Notes under the pieces: model-generated
What the model saw: only the letters and a program-made list of their open reading frames with translations
The model's database searches: none
What the model was told of the DNA's origin: nothing
Program-made: the position numbers and the translations under genes
Source of the DNA: Planctomycetota bacterium
GTDB taxonomy: Bacteria > Planctomycetota > SZUA-567 > H5-PLA8
Assembly (NCBI GenBank): GCA_027493525.1
Contig: JAOSKN010000003.1
Location: forward strand, 1,223,316-1,287,315
DNA: 64,000 bases
Direction of reading: 5' to 3'
Part shown: piece by piece, positions 18,931-29,156 of the stretch
How positions within the stretch are numbered: the stretch's first letter is position 1
How the letters are laid out: the number at the start of each line of letters is the position of its first letter

Positions 18931-20312
18931 GGGGTATTGTCAAAAGTTGTGGATGGCGAGAGGAGAATCATGCGGCGTTTTCCTTGATGCCGTCCACGAA
19001 ACGGATGCCTCGAATCACGTCTTCCAGCAGCTTATGGCCGTTTAGTTTCCGCCAGCGCTTCTCGGCAACCTGAGCGAGTTTGAACACCATCGCCAGCGTG
19101 GCTTGGCGCGTGCCGCAGCCTTTGGTCTTGTGCGTCCGCAAGCGCACCGTGGCGAAGGCGGACTCGATCGGGTTCGTCGTTCTCAGATGCGCCCAATGCT
19201 CGGCGGGGAAATCGTAAAACGCCAACAGCGCGTCTTGGTCCTTGAGCAGACACTCGACCGCCTTGGGATGCTTGGCTTGGTACGTCGCCACGAACGCATC
19301 GAACGCTGCCTGCGCATCCTTGCGCGTCTGGGCCATCCAGATCTGATGCAATTTCTCCTTGGCTGAAGGCTGTAATTTCTTGGGCAGGCCGTTCAGCACA
19401 TTCATCGTCTTGTGAACCCAGCAACGCTGCACCCGGCACTTGGCAAAGGCTTTCGGAAGCGCCGCCCAGAAGCCCAACGCACCGTCGCCGATGGCCAGGT
19501 CCGGGCCGTTCTTCAAGCCGCGCGCTTTCAGGTCCGTCAAGACCTCAAGCCAGGACTGTTCGCTCTCCCGCACGCCGTCATGCACGGCGACCAGTTCCTT
19601 CTTGCCGTCGGCCGTGGCCCCCATGACCACCAGGATGCACGAGCGGTCTTCCTCCAGGCGGACGTTGAAGTAGATGCCGTCCACCCACAGATACACGTAG
19701 CGCTTGCCCGCCAAGGACCGCCGGTTCCAGCTCGCGTACTCGGAGGCCCAGACGTCCTTGATCCGCGTGATCGTATTGGCCGAAAGCCCCTTGGCTTGCG
19801 GCCCCAACAGCGCGCTCAGCGCCTCCGGAAAGTCCTGCGTGGAGATGCCCTTCAAATAGAGCCACGGGATCAGGTCTTCCATGCTCTTGGTCCGGCGCAA
19901 ATAGGGCGGCAGAATCTTGCTCGTAAAGGGCTCTCGCTCGTCCGAGGGGCGCCGGTCTTCCACGCGCGGCTGCGCTACGCGTACGGCGCCGATGCCCGTC
20001 TGGATCGTTCGTTCCGGCAGGTAGCCGTTGCGCACCACCACGCGATGCCCGCGCTCGTCCCGCGCCCGCTCGAAACGCTGGAGGTATTCTTCCACCTCCG
20101 CGTTCAGCGCCGCGGCTAGCAAGCGCTGCGCGCCTTCGTTCAGGATGTGAGTAAGCACGTCCCGGCTGGACGCTTGCGGATCGAGCGAAACCGTCGTACC
20201 CTGGCTCATGTGGCGTATCCTCCTGCCCTTGTGGGCGTGGTGGCCTTAGATCTCCACCAAGGATACGCCGCACTTTTCTTTCTCGCTCATCCACAACTTT
20301 TGACAATACCCC
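18931..20312 (-). mobile_element. IS256-family element, copy 2 (1382 bp)
   Basis: Same TIRs as copy 1; 9-bp TSD CTTACAATG. Confidence 0.97.
18968..20209 (-). CDS. IS256-family transposase
   Basis: Identical to copy 1 except two N-terminal residues (AASRDG vs ASSRDV). Confidence 0.97.
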   Translation of the reverse strand: MSQGTTVSLDPQASSRDVLTHILNEGAQRLLAAALNAEVEEYLQRFERARDERGHRVVVRNGYLPERTIQTGIGAVRVAQPRVEDRRPSDEREPFTSKILPPYLRRTKSMEDLIPWLYLKGISTQDFPEALSALLGPQAKGLSANTITRIKDVWASEYASWNRRSLAGKRYVYLWVDGIYFNVRLEEDRSCILVVMGATADGKKELVAVHDGVRESEQSWLEVLTDLKARGLKNGPDLAIGDGALGFWAALPKAFAKCRVQRCWVHKTMNVLNGLPKKLQPSAKEKLHQIWMAQTRKDAQAAFDAFVATYQAKHPKAVECLLKDQDALLAFYDFPAEHWAHLRTTNPIESAFATVRLRTHKTKGCGTRQATLAMVFKLAQVAEKRWRKLNGHKLLEDVIRGIRFVDGIKENAA

Positions 20313-20735
20313 CTTACAATGCTGATTGGCATGAGTTTGTTCAGCGCTAGCGTCCTTAGGGCGGAAGATGATAAACCTGTACCCAATAAACTTTCTGACA
20401 AGGAGTTAGTGGCTAAAATCAGGGAAGCGGTAGAAAAGAAAATTGATCCTGAAAAGGTCCAGGAATTTGTGGGAACTAAGCCAACGCTCAGCACTGTTGG
20501 TGACGAAAATACACTAAGATTTAGTCTAGTGACTATTGACTATGAAAATAGGGAGTCGGTTCCAAAATGGGACAAGAGGAAGAATGTCATATATTGGGTA
20601 AGGCCTATAGAATCTAAAAGGACCAAGGTTATTGGCATTTTTTATTTAAAAGACGGTGGTATGCAGATATTTGAAGGTGAAGTAGCCACTCCCGAATGAG
20701 GCAAGTGCATATGAAGCGACCCGGCTGGTGGCACT

Positions 20736-22190
20736 CAATACTGTTCGGCACGATTGTTGCGTGTGAGTCGTTCTCGAAACATTTTTAGCGCGCTTATTTT
20801 TCATTCATTTTTCCAGCCGATGCTTAGCGCATGGAACACCCGGAGCGCTATCAAGGACTCAAGTTCTTCAAGCCCTTGAGCCGGCTCTTGGGCGAACTGC
20901 GCGAACGGCACGCGAATCCCAACCGCACCCTGCATTACGACGAATACCTCATCCTGCTCCTGCTGGCCTACTACAACCCCGTCCTGCAATCCTTGCGCGG
21001 ACTGCGCAAGGCCGCCGGCCTGCCCTGGACCGAGCGCAACCTGGGCCTGCACCGCACCTCGCTGGGCAGTCTTTCCGAGGCCTCGCACGTCTTCGATCCC
21101 GACGGGCTCCGGCGGATCTTCCTGGAACTGGCCGGTCAAGCCCAAGCGCTCGACGCCCCGCCGCGCCCCCAAGGGCTGCCCGAAGACCTGCGCCTGCTGG
21201 CCGCCGACGCCTCGCTCTGGAAACTCCTGCCGCGCATGGCGCGCGCGTTGTACGTCGGACCGCTCACCCGCGCCCGCAAAGGCGCCCTGAAAGGACACTT
21301 CGTCTTCGACGTGTTGCGCGGAGTCCCCGTCGACGCGGCCTTCACCGAAGGCGCGACCGACGAACGGCACGTCCTGCCTAAGCAGCTGCTCGCCGGCGCC
21401 TTTTACCTGCTCGACCGCGGCTACTTCTCCTTCTCCGTGCTCCAAGCCTTTCGCGCCGCGCAAGCCTCGTTCCTCATGCGCCTGCGCGAGGGCCCGTGCG
21501 TGTCGGTCGTGGAGACGCGGGCGCGCTCCGAGGCCGCGCGCGGCGCCGGCGTCGTCAGCGACGAAATCGTGGACTTGGGCAAGGACCCGGCTCGGCGCCA
21601 GCGCGTGCGCGTGGTCCGCGCGCGGCATCGCGCTCCGGCCCCGCGCAACCTGCACCCGCAGCGCAAGCGCGGCAAGCACGCGGCCTACGCGCACGAACCG
21701 CTCGACCAGGAATGGGTGCTCGTGACCGACCGCTTCGACCTGGACGCGGAGTTGCTGGTGGCGCTCTACGCCTACCGCTGGCAGATCGAGACGTTTTTCC
21801 GCTGGTTCAAGAACACCTTGAAGTGCCGGCATCTGCTGGCCGAGTCGGAGAACGGCCTGGCGCTGCAGTTCTACGCCGCGCCGATCGCCACGCTGCTGGC
21901 GGTCGTCCATACCGGGCGCAAACCCACCAAGGGCCTGCTGACGACGCTGCACCTGTACCTGATGGGCTGGGCCGAGTGGCGCGACGTCGAGGAGGAACTC
22001 CAGCGCTGTAAAAGCGCCCGGCCTTGAATGCGCAGCCGTCGTGTCGCCCCACGACCGGCCGCGCCCCGTCATGCCCCAACGCAAACCCGCCGCGCCTCCA
22101 GCCGCCCAAGTCCGAAGCCCTGCCGGCACACACAGGACCGTCTTCTCGCCGAGCCTTCTCACCACGCAAGGCTTGAGCCGAACAGTGTTG
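20736..22190 (+). mobile_element. IS4-family element (1455 bp)
   Basis: TIR CAA(T/C)ACTGTTCGGC; 9-bp TSD GGTGGCACT (20727-20735 and 22191-22199). Confidence 0.92.
20831..22027 (+). CDS. IS4-family DDE transposase
   Basis: AADAS, LDRGY and YAYRWQIETFFRWFK (YREK signature). Confidence 0.93.
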   Translation: MEHPERYQGLKFFKPLSRLLGELRERHANPNRTLHYDEYLILLLLAYYNPVLQSLRGLRKAAGLPWTERNLGLHRTSLGSLSEASHVFDPDGLRRIFLELAGQAQALDAPPRPQGLPEDLRLLAADASLWKLLPRMARALYVGPLTRARKGALKGHFVFDVLRGVPVDAAFTEGATDERHVLPKQLLAGAFYLLDRGYFSFSVLQAFRAAQASFLMRLREGPCVSVVETRARSEAARGAGVVSDEIVDLGKDPARRQRVRVVRARHRAPAPRNLHPQRKRGKHAAYAHEPLDQEWVLVTDRFDLDAELLVALYAYRWQIETFFRWFKNTLKCRHLLAESENGLALQFYAAPIATLLAVVHTGRKPTKGLLTTLHLYLMGWAEWRDVEEELQRCKSARP

Positions 22191-22220
22191 GGTGGCACTG
22201 ACTGAGGTTGGTTTGTGATC

Positions 22221-22483
22221 TGGTGCCACTGCGCTGCGGTACTCCGCAGCCAGTGCGAGGCGCGCACCCCAGGTTCAACTCGGACGGGTGGCACGGGTGG
22301 CGGCCGATGATGGCCTTTACTGGAGTGTGCCACTGGCGGCTTGTCCGCCAGTGCGACGGCCGGCAAGTTAGAGATTGCGATGAAGAGTTGCGCAACATAT
22401 TCTTTGGGCGTGAGAAGGATTGGAATGGATTTCGGCTCGTGCGTTCCATCCAAGAGCACTGGCGGACAAGCCGCCAGTGGCAC
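22221..22483. repeat. REP hairpins, including an inverted REP pair (REPIN-like) at ~22325-22483
   Basis: GTGCCACTGCGCTGCGGTACTCCGCAGCCAGTGC (also at ~18580); GTGCCACTGGCGGCTTGTCCGCCAGTGC and its reverse complement. Confidence 0.85.
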
Positions 22484-22527
22484 ACTTCGGAACCACCCGC
22501 CGTTTAGGCCCTTACCTAGGAGTATTC

Positions 22528-22803
22528 ATGGATCGTAAAGGCTTAAGGCGATGGGCATATTTTCTCTTCCTATTCTTGGAATCTATTAATATCATCCTAG
22601 TGCTGGTCATCCCAAATTACAAAATTAACGATCAGGGCGTATTCTTGGCCCTTTCAATCCTTTCTTCAGGGCTTAGTGCAAAGTTGTTTTATATTCTAGC
22701 CAAAGATTTCCTCATTAGTCGCATTCGCGCCTTGATGATTGCCTTGGCCTTTAACTGTATATTTTTTGGCCTATTTTATTCATACCATTTCCGTTTCAGG
22801 TAA
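22528..22803 (+). CDS. Small AT-rich 3-TM membrane protein (orphan immunity-like)
   Basis: RBS AGGAG; hydrophobic; low GC. Confidence 0.6.
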   Translation: MDRKGLRRWAYFLFLFLESINIILVLVIPNYKINDQGVFLALSILSSGLSAKLFYILAKDFLISRIRALMIALAFNCIFFGLFYSYHFRFR

Positions 22804-23081
22804 GTACTTTCGTATACGCCATAAATGTTCACGTGGCGTAAGCAGCTGATGTTGCAGGCGGTTGAGCTCATGCATATCTCCTCTTGCCCGCAGCGCGTGG
22901 GGGCGGGCGGAGGCGACCCGCCCGCGTCCCGCAGGGACGCCGTGAAAATAGCCCAGCCTTACGAGACTGGGGATCCGGCTCAAAACGGCAAACAACAAGA
23001 ACCAAATGCCAAACAAATAAAGCGTCCCCCTTTCCGATTGGACAGGGGCTAAGAGACTGGCAGCTTGGTTAGCGGGCCGGT

Positions 23082-23861
23082 CGCGGGTGGCCCCCATAAC
23101 CCCGTTATGGGGGCGCCGAAGGCGATGGCAACTTCATGAAAACCAATCGCGATCCTGAAATGCCGGGTTGTCTCCAGGTAAAGCGCGCCTTAAATTTTCG
23201 GCATGGCCTCCACTCGACCACCACGCACGATCTTCGATCTCGAAGGCCATCTGTAGTTCGTCACCTTTTCCTGCTATCGAAAGTTTCAATTCCTGAGCCG
23301 AGACCGCTGCAAGCAGATCGTCCTGACGCACCTCGACCGTTGGGGCTGGCAGGAGCGCGTCGGGGTCGTGGGTTACGTCGTGATGCCCGACCACGTCCAT
23401 GCGCTGCTGCGCCCCGCGGAACCCGGACGCCTGAGTCCGTTCATGCAGCTTTGGAAACGCGAATCAAGCCGGCACATTCACGCCTTCCTCCGTCTGGGTG
23501 ACGGCGCCGCGCCCTTTGGCGCAAGGGTCCGCGACGACGCGGGCCGCGTGCACTGCTGGAACAAACGCTATTATCCCTTCAACGTGTACAGCATGAAAAA
23601 GGCGATACAAAAGCTGGAGTACATGCACCACAATCCCGTGCGGCAAGGCTTGGCGGAGGATCCGTGCGCCTGGGCCTGGAGCAGCGCCCGCTACTGGCAG
23701 CAAGGCATTCGCCCGCCCGTCCGCATGTGCGGGATCGAAGGGTCCTTGCCGTGGGAGCGGAGCGCGAAGCGAGTGCAGGCTTGAAAGGACCGTGGCACGT
23801 TCTTCATGAGGTTGCCATCGGCTTCGCCGCCCCCATAACGGAGTTATGGGGGCCACCCGCG
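23082..23861 (+). mobile_element. RAYT/IS200-like element bounded by ~59-bp inverted REP-type ends
   Basis: 23082-23140 and 23803-23861 are inverted copies, each GTGG + hairpin CCCCCATAAC-x-GTTATGGGGG. Confidence 0.85.
23203..23784 (+). pseudogene. REP-associated tyrosine (HUH Y1) transposase with in-frame TAG at 23254
   Basis: GHL*FVTFSCY, YVVMPDHVH (HUH), YMHHNPVRQGL and WAWSS motifs. Confidence 0.88.
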
Positions 23862-23984
23862 TTTGTTTGGAATTTGGTTCTTGCCGTTTGCCGTTTGAAG
23901 CTTGTTTGGTTCTTGGTTCTTTAATTTGGTTCTTCCCCGCCCTTTAGTTCTTCTAATTTGGAATTTACTAACCCCATTACGCCC

Positions 23985-24013
23985 TTGACACCCTAGACCC
24001 TATCCCGTATATT
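23985..24013 (+). promoter_or_regulatory. sigma70-like promoter
   Basis: TTGACA-17 nt-TATATT. Confidence 0.65.
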
Positions 24014-24022
24014 TCCCGTATC

Positions 24023-25465
24023 GTGGACGCGCGACCCCCTCAGGCCCGTGCCTCACCGCGCGCCCCGCCCGACCTCCCAAGGACACCCCCATGCCCGTCC
24101 CTGCCGCCAGCGCCCTGCGCGCCTCCAGCCCCGCCGCGCCCTTCCGGCTCCCGCCGCCCCCGCCGCGCAGCCAACCCTGCCACGACCTGGGCTTCCTCCG
24201 AAGCGCCCCCGCCCGAAGCCCCCGCCGCGCCGCCCGATCCCGCCGCCGCCTGGATCGAAGCCCTCCCCGAGGCCGAGCGCCAGGAACTCGAGGTGCTCGT
24301 CTACGCATTGCGTTCGCCATCTCCGCGCCACGGGCCGGCGCCCCGCCCCGCGCCTCCCCCCACGCCCCCGCCACCGGTGGCGCGGGCGGCCCGCCCGGTC
24401 CCCGCCGTGCCCCCGGAACCCAGCCCCAAGAACCCGGAACCCGCCCCGCCCCTCTGGCAGCGCCTCGCCCCGCTCCAAGACCGCGGCGCAACCTCTATTC
24501 ACGTTCGTAGACACGCCCTGCACCGCCTCGCCGCCTTCGTGCTCCTCTGGCTCCGCGCCGAGCGCGACGAGGCCGCCGCCGCAGCGGACACGCAAAGCGT
24601 ATTGCCTGCCCGCGAGCCCGGCTACGAACTGGCCGAACTCCTCGGGCTCCCCGAGTCCGCCCTCAACCGCCTCTGCCGCGAACGCACCGGGCAGACCGCC
24701 CGCGAATGGTGGGACCTCCTGCGCGCCCCGGCCCTCGTCGAGGCGCTGAAGGAAGACGCCCGCGCCTGGCTCGACGGCGAGCCCTTCCCGCCGGGCCGTA
24801 ACTCGGACAAGCGCCGGCCGGGCGCCGGGCGGATCCTCCACGCCCTCCAGCGCCGCCGCCGCGAAGCCGGCCGCTCGCGCCAGGAGCGCGCCTGGGCCCT
24901 GGGCTTCCGCAACGCCGCGCGCCTCGACCGCGCCCTGTACCTCGCCGCCGGGCGCACCGCCGCCGCGCTCGACGCCGAAGTCGCCGCCGAGGCGCAGGCC
25001 GGCTGGTACTTCGATCCGGGGGCCTGCCGGCTCTGGCGCGCCGAAGCGCCCGGCGAACGCGAGCGCGAGGCACGCCGTGCAGCTTTTTTAAGCTCGCGGA
25101 CCGGCAGCCTCGGCAAGCCCGGCATCTGGGTCCCGAACCCCAGGCCCGACCCGCGCAACCCGTTTATTTTTGAGCCGCTCACGGACTGGAATTCGGTCGT
25201 AAGCTACTGCCAGCGCAGGGAATTGGACCCCGCGGTGCTGGTGATTCATAATGCGCGCTTCAGCGCCGAGACCCGGCCGGGCAAGGACTTCGGCCGCGAG
25301 GCCGCGCGCTGGCTGGGCTACAGCATGGAGGAAATCGACCGCGCCGCCGGCGCCCTCGACGCCTTCCGCGCCGAGCACGGCCTCGCCCCGGAAGGACGCG
25401 AGGACCTTTTACGCGCCGTCTTCGATAAGAATTACGATCCCGACGAAGATAGATGGAGCAATTGA
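24023..25465 (+). CDS. Protein with Pro-rich N-terminus and a divergent AraC-like double HTH (start uncertain)
   Basis: LAELLGLPESALNRLCRERTGQT and AWALGFRNAARLDRALYLAAGRT. Confidence 0.55.
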   Translation: MDARPPQARASPRAPPDLPRTPPCPSLPPAPCAPPAPPRPSGSRRPRRAANPATTWASSEAPPPEAPAAPPDPAAAWIEALPEAERQELEVLVYALRSPSPRHGPAPRPAPPPTPPPPVARAARPVPAVPPEPSPKNPEPAPPLWQRLAPLQDRGATSIHVRRHALHRLAAFVLLWLRAERDEAAAAADTQSVLPAREPGYELAELLGLPESALNRLCRERTGQTAREWWDLLRAPALVEALKEDARAWLDGEPFPPGRNSDKRRPGAGRILHALQRRRREAGRSRQERAWALGFRNAARLDRALYLAAGRTAAALDAEVAAEAQAGWYFDPGACRLWRAEAPGEREREARRAAFLSSRTGSLGKPGIWVPNPRPDPRNPFIFEPLTDWNSVVSYCQRRELDPAVLVIHNARFSAETRPGKDFGREAARWLGYSMEEIDRAAGALDAFRAEHGLAPEGREDLLRAVFDKNYDPDEDRWSN

Positions 25466-25594
25466 CATGTAGCCCAACCAAGTAATTACTACGTGACTCA
25501 ACCCCTGCCGCCGCTCATGCCGAGCCGCCTCAACTCATTGTTCGCTGTTCCCTGTTCCCTGTTCACTGTTTACTGCTTACTGTTCACTGTCCCC

Positions 25595-26417
25595 CTACAC
25601 CCCCGCCTCCTTCATCAGCTTCCGCGTGGCCGCGTAGGCCTCGCCGACCCACTCGCGGATCTTCTCGGGCTCGGGGCTGTACTCCAGTTCCAGGCTGATC
25701 GTCCCGCTGGCGACGCCCACTTTCCCGAGCGCCTTCAGGTACGGGCCGAACTTCACCACGCCGCGCCCCGGAGGCAGGTCGCCGTGAACCTTCCCGTCGC
25801 AGTCGCTGATATGGACGTGGCAGGCGCGGCCCTTCAGCGCCTCCAGCGCGCCGGCCGGCGTCCCGCTCAGGACCATGTGGCTGATGTCGATGTTCGCCTG
25901 GATCGCCGGATGCTTCACGTCGTCGAGGAACCGCGACATCGCCTCGATGTCGTTCAGGATCGAGAGCTTGAACGGCTCCAGTTCCAGCGCCACCAGCTTC
26001 CCCTGCTTCTCCGCGTAATCGCCCAGCGCCTTGCACGCCTCCACGCCCCACTGCCATTGCAGCTTCGGCGGGATCACCTCCCGCTGCCAGAGGTACTCGC
26101 CGAGCACCAACAGGTAGTTGTGCCCGTCGAACGTCGAGAGCATGTCCACGTAGGCCTTGCTGCGCTTCAGATGGAACTCGCGGACGGTCGAGCTGAAATC
26201 GCAGAGCCCCAGGCTGCACCCGGCGACGCTCACGATCGGCAGCTTCAGCCGCGCGCAGGTCTTGCGAATCCGATATATCTTCTCCGGCGCGTCCGGCTCC
26301 AGCGGATCGAGCTGGATGTCCACCGTGTCGAAGCCCAGCTCCTTCGTCCACTCCAGCCCCCTGCTCCAGCGGTTTCCCGCTCTGATCCCAGGCCGAATTG
26401 ATCATGCCAAGCTTCAT
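25595..26417 (-). CDS. Sugar phosphate isomerase/epimerase (xylose isomerase-like TIM barrel), frameshifted at ~26358
   Basis: ALELEP, NIDISH, HVHISD, PPGRG and SLELE. The N-terminus MKLGMINSAW is in another frame across a G5 run. Confidence 0.85.
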
Positions 26418-26496
26418 GGGAATTCTCCTTTTGGCTTTCTCGCGCAAGGATGAAGGAGGAAATATGAAGTATGAAATAAGGACCGCTTCAAGCTTC

Positions 26497-27603
26497 CTAT
26501 TTCCCTTCCTCGATCTCCGCCAATTCCACCGCCCGGCGCTCCGCGGCGCTCTTGTAGCAGGCGTCCACGAGCGCCATCGTCTTGAGGTTGTCGCGGCCGG
26601 AGAGGCTCGCCGGGGCGCGCCCGGACTCCAGCGCGCAGAGCAGCTCCGCCATCGGCCCGGCGAAGGCGTCCGGGAACCAGACCTCCTCCCAGCGCGGGCG
26701 CTGCCAGCCCGGATACGCTTTGCAGGCGTAGTCCAGCGTGCTCGGCGCGCGCTCGGGATACTTCGGCCAGCCCACCGTGCCCAGCGCCAGCCCGTCGAGC
26801 CCCTCGATGCGCCAGCGGATCCCGATCTCGCCCGCGCAGCCCTCCCGCGCCGGGCCGGTCCAGACGTCGTCCCACGCCGTCGCGCGCAGCCCGTTCTCGT
26901 ATTCGAGGATGTACAGGCAGATGCCGTCGGAATGCGCGAAGCGCGTCCGCGGGTCCGGCCGCACGCTCGCGTAGACCCGCGCCGGGTCGCCGAACCAGAA
27001 GCGGAAGGTGTCGAGATGGTGGATCGACATGATCCGCAGCGTGCACCAGCCCTGCTCGGCCTGCCACGGCATCCAGTGCGGGATCGCGCGCAGCTCCAGC
27101 GTCGCCAGCACCGGCTCGCCCAGCAGCCCCCGCCCCAGCAGATCCTTCGCCGCGCGGACCGCCTGGTCGTAGCGCATGTTCTGGTTCACCGCCAGGGTCA
27201 GCCCCGCGTCCTCGCAGAGCCGCACGAGCTCCCGCGCCTGCGCGTAGTTCGCGCCCAGCGGCTTCTGGCACAAGATCCCCTTCAACCGCTTTGCGTAACG
27301 GACCGCCTCGCGCACCACGCCGAACTGCTCGTGCGGCGGCACCCCGATATCCAGCACCTCGAGCGACTCGTCCGCCAGCAGCCCCGCGAGCGTCTCGTGA
27401 ACCTTCGGCAGCCCGTGCCGCGCCGCGACCTCGCGCGCCCGCGCCGGCGTCCGCGAGGCAATGGCCACCGGGTTCAGCCCCGCCTGCCGGTACGCGACCA
27501 GGTGGCAGTCGGCCACGATGAACCCCGCCCCGACCACTCCGATCCGCCAGTCCTTGCGCCGTGGCAGCTCCGGGAGGTACGCCAGGGTCGGCGGCACGCT
27601 CAT
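26497..27603 (-). CDS. Gfo/Idh/MocA-family oxidoreductase
   Basis: [21 protein letters not shown] and IHHLD motifs. Confidence 0.92.
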   Translation of the reverse strand: MSVPPTLAYLPELPRRKDWRIGVVGAGFIVADCHLVAYRQAGLNPVAIASRTPARAREVAARHGLPKVHETLAGLLADESLEVLDIGVPPHEQFGVVREAVRYAKRLKGILCQKPLGANYAQARELVRLCEDAGLTLAVNQNMRYDQAVRAAKDLLGRGLLGEPVLATLELRAIPHWMPWQAEQGWCTLRIMSIHHLDTFRFWFGDPARVYASVRPDPRTRFAHSDGICLYILEYENGLRATAWDDVWTGPAREGCAGEIGIRWRIEGLDGLALGTVGWPKYPERAPSTLDYACKAYPGWQRPRWEEVWFPDAFAGPMAELLCALESGRAPASLSGRDNLKTMALVDACYKSAAERRAVELAEIEEGK

Positions 27604-27747
27604 ATAAAGGAGGCTCCAGCTTGTTTGAAACTTATATGATCCTTATACCCCGCCCGCGCGCGCCTGCCAGCCGATTCCGCCCACTTAACCTGCCGCCGCC
27701 GCGCGGAATCCCGTCCCAGGCCCCGCAACCACCGCGTCATAAGGGGC

Positions 27748-29031
27748 ATGCGAAAAGGCGCGGCCCCGGCAGGCTTACCTCGCGCAAGGCGCGCGCGGCG
27801 CCTCGCCGTGCTGGCCCTCGCCTTCGCCATCGTCTGCCAGCCGGCCCCGCGCCCGAGCCAGGCCGACGGCTTCCACACCGAGCACTTCAGCGAGCCGCAC
27901 TTCCCCGAGCAATGGGAGAAGCTCCGCTTCCGCCTCTTCGGCGCCGCGCAGGCCGGCGACGCGGTCGACGCCTCGCTGCTCTACTCGGTGATCCAGGAGC
28001 TGCTCGACATCCTGCATTACGTGGACCCCTACAACATCGCGCCGGACTCCCCGCCTTGGGCGCAGACCGAGGCCGGCCGCGAGATGGCGCGCGCGATGGC
28101 GCAGGCGATCCTCTGCGAACTCGCCGCCGACTCCGCCCAGCCGGTCTGGGAGGCCTACGCGCAGGAGCTGCGCTTCGAGAGTCCCGCCCCGCGCAAGCTG
28201 CTGGAAGAGATCCGCACCCGCCGCGCCACCGCCGAAGCCACCTGGCTGACGCTCCGCGAGAAGGCCGGCCGCCGCATCCCGAGACTGCTCGGCAGCCTGG
28301 AGACCGACCGCGAGCGCGAGGACCGCGAGATCGCCGCCGCCGTCCGCCTGTACCTGACCACGCGCGACCCGCTCATCGTCCAGCGCCTCGGCCCGGAGAC
28401 GAACTTCAGGCTGGATTCCCACCTGCACCGCCCGTACCGCGGCGAGAGCGCTGCGCCGCCGAGCAGGCTCAACTCGCCCGAGGCCCTCATCCGCGAACTG
28501 AAGCGCTTCGACGACCTGTACCGCGTGGACGACCTGTACCTTCTCGCCAGCTCGTACCGGGCCGAACTCGACAAGGCCGAATCCGTCGCGCGGAGTTTCC
28601 GCTCGCGCTATCCCGAGTTCGTCCGCGGCGACGTGCTCCCCTGTCCCGAGTACGCCGAAGCGCTGGAGGAGGTCCTGCTGCGGATGGGCGCGCGCGCCGA
28701 GCCGCTGCTGCGCGAAGGCTTGAACCACCGCAGCCCCCGCGTCGCGCAGGCCGCCCGGCGCCTGCTCGAACGCCTCCGCGCCGGCGGCGTCGAGCCCTAC
28801 CCGGGGCTGCGCGCGCTGGAAAGCCGCCCGCTGCGCCTGGCGCGCCTGGCCGCGGCGGCCTGGGATTACGGCGATCCCCACGGGCCGTCACCCGCCACCG
28901 AAGAGGCCGCGCGCGAACTGCGCCGGCGCGGGAGCGCCTGCGTCCCGGACCTGCGGCGCCTCGAAGAGATCGAGTTCCTCGGGCTCGGCGCGGACTGCCG
29001 CCGCGCGCGCCGCTTCCTGACCGGCCAGTGA
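27748..29031 (+). CDS. Secreted helical protein of unknown function (paralog A)
   Basis: Signal peptide; shares motifs with the next gene. Confidence 0.75.
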   Translation: MRKGAAPAGLPRARRARRLAVLALAFAIVCQPAPRPSQADGFHTEHFSEPHFPEQWEKLRFRLFGAAQAGDAVDASLLYSVIQELLDILHYVDPYNIAPDSPPWAQTEAGREMARAMAQAILCELAADSAQPVWEAYAQELRFESPAPRKLLEEIRTRRATAEATWLTLREKAGRRIPRLLGSLETDREREDREIAAAVRLYLTTRDPLIVQRLGPETNFRLDSHLHRPYRGESAAPPSRLNSPEALIRELKRFDDLYRVDDLYLLASSYRAELDKAESVARSFRSRYPEFVRGDVLPCPEYAEALEEVLLRMGARAEPLLREGLNHRSPRVAQAARRLLERLRAGGVEPYPGLRALESRPLRLARLAAAAWDYGDPHGPSPATEEAARELRRRGSACVPDLRRLEEIEFLGLGADCRRARRFLTGQ

Positions 29032-29156
29032 GAGGCCGCGCGGGCGCGCTCGCAATGGGCATTCGATCCGCGAGGCCGCTCCGCGCTTCGTCCGCGGGAT
29101 GGGAAATCGGCCTGAAATTCCGGTGGCAAGCGAGGCGCGACAAACGTCCTAGATCC

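Larger units (their letters stand above)
18895..20699 (+). pseudogene. Small secreted protein (immunity-like) interrupted in its signal peptide by IS256
   Basis: RBS GGAGG, ATG 18895. Excision gives MQFLHTSMALTMLIGMSLFSASVLRA|EDDKP...; AT-rich. Confidence 0.75.

Noticed and set aside
16872-20312. Composite transposon that inserted as one unit
   Set aside because: Each IS256 has its own distinct TSD, so they are independent insertions.
23254-23256. Pyrrolysine or recoded TAG in the RAYT
   Set aside because: TAG serves as a normal stop in other genes here and no pyl genes are seen; a nonsense mutation or read error is simpler.
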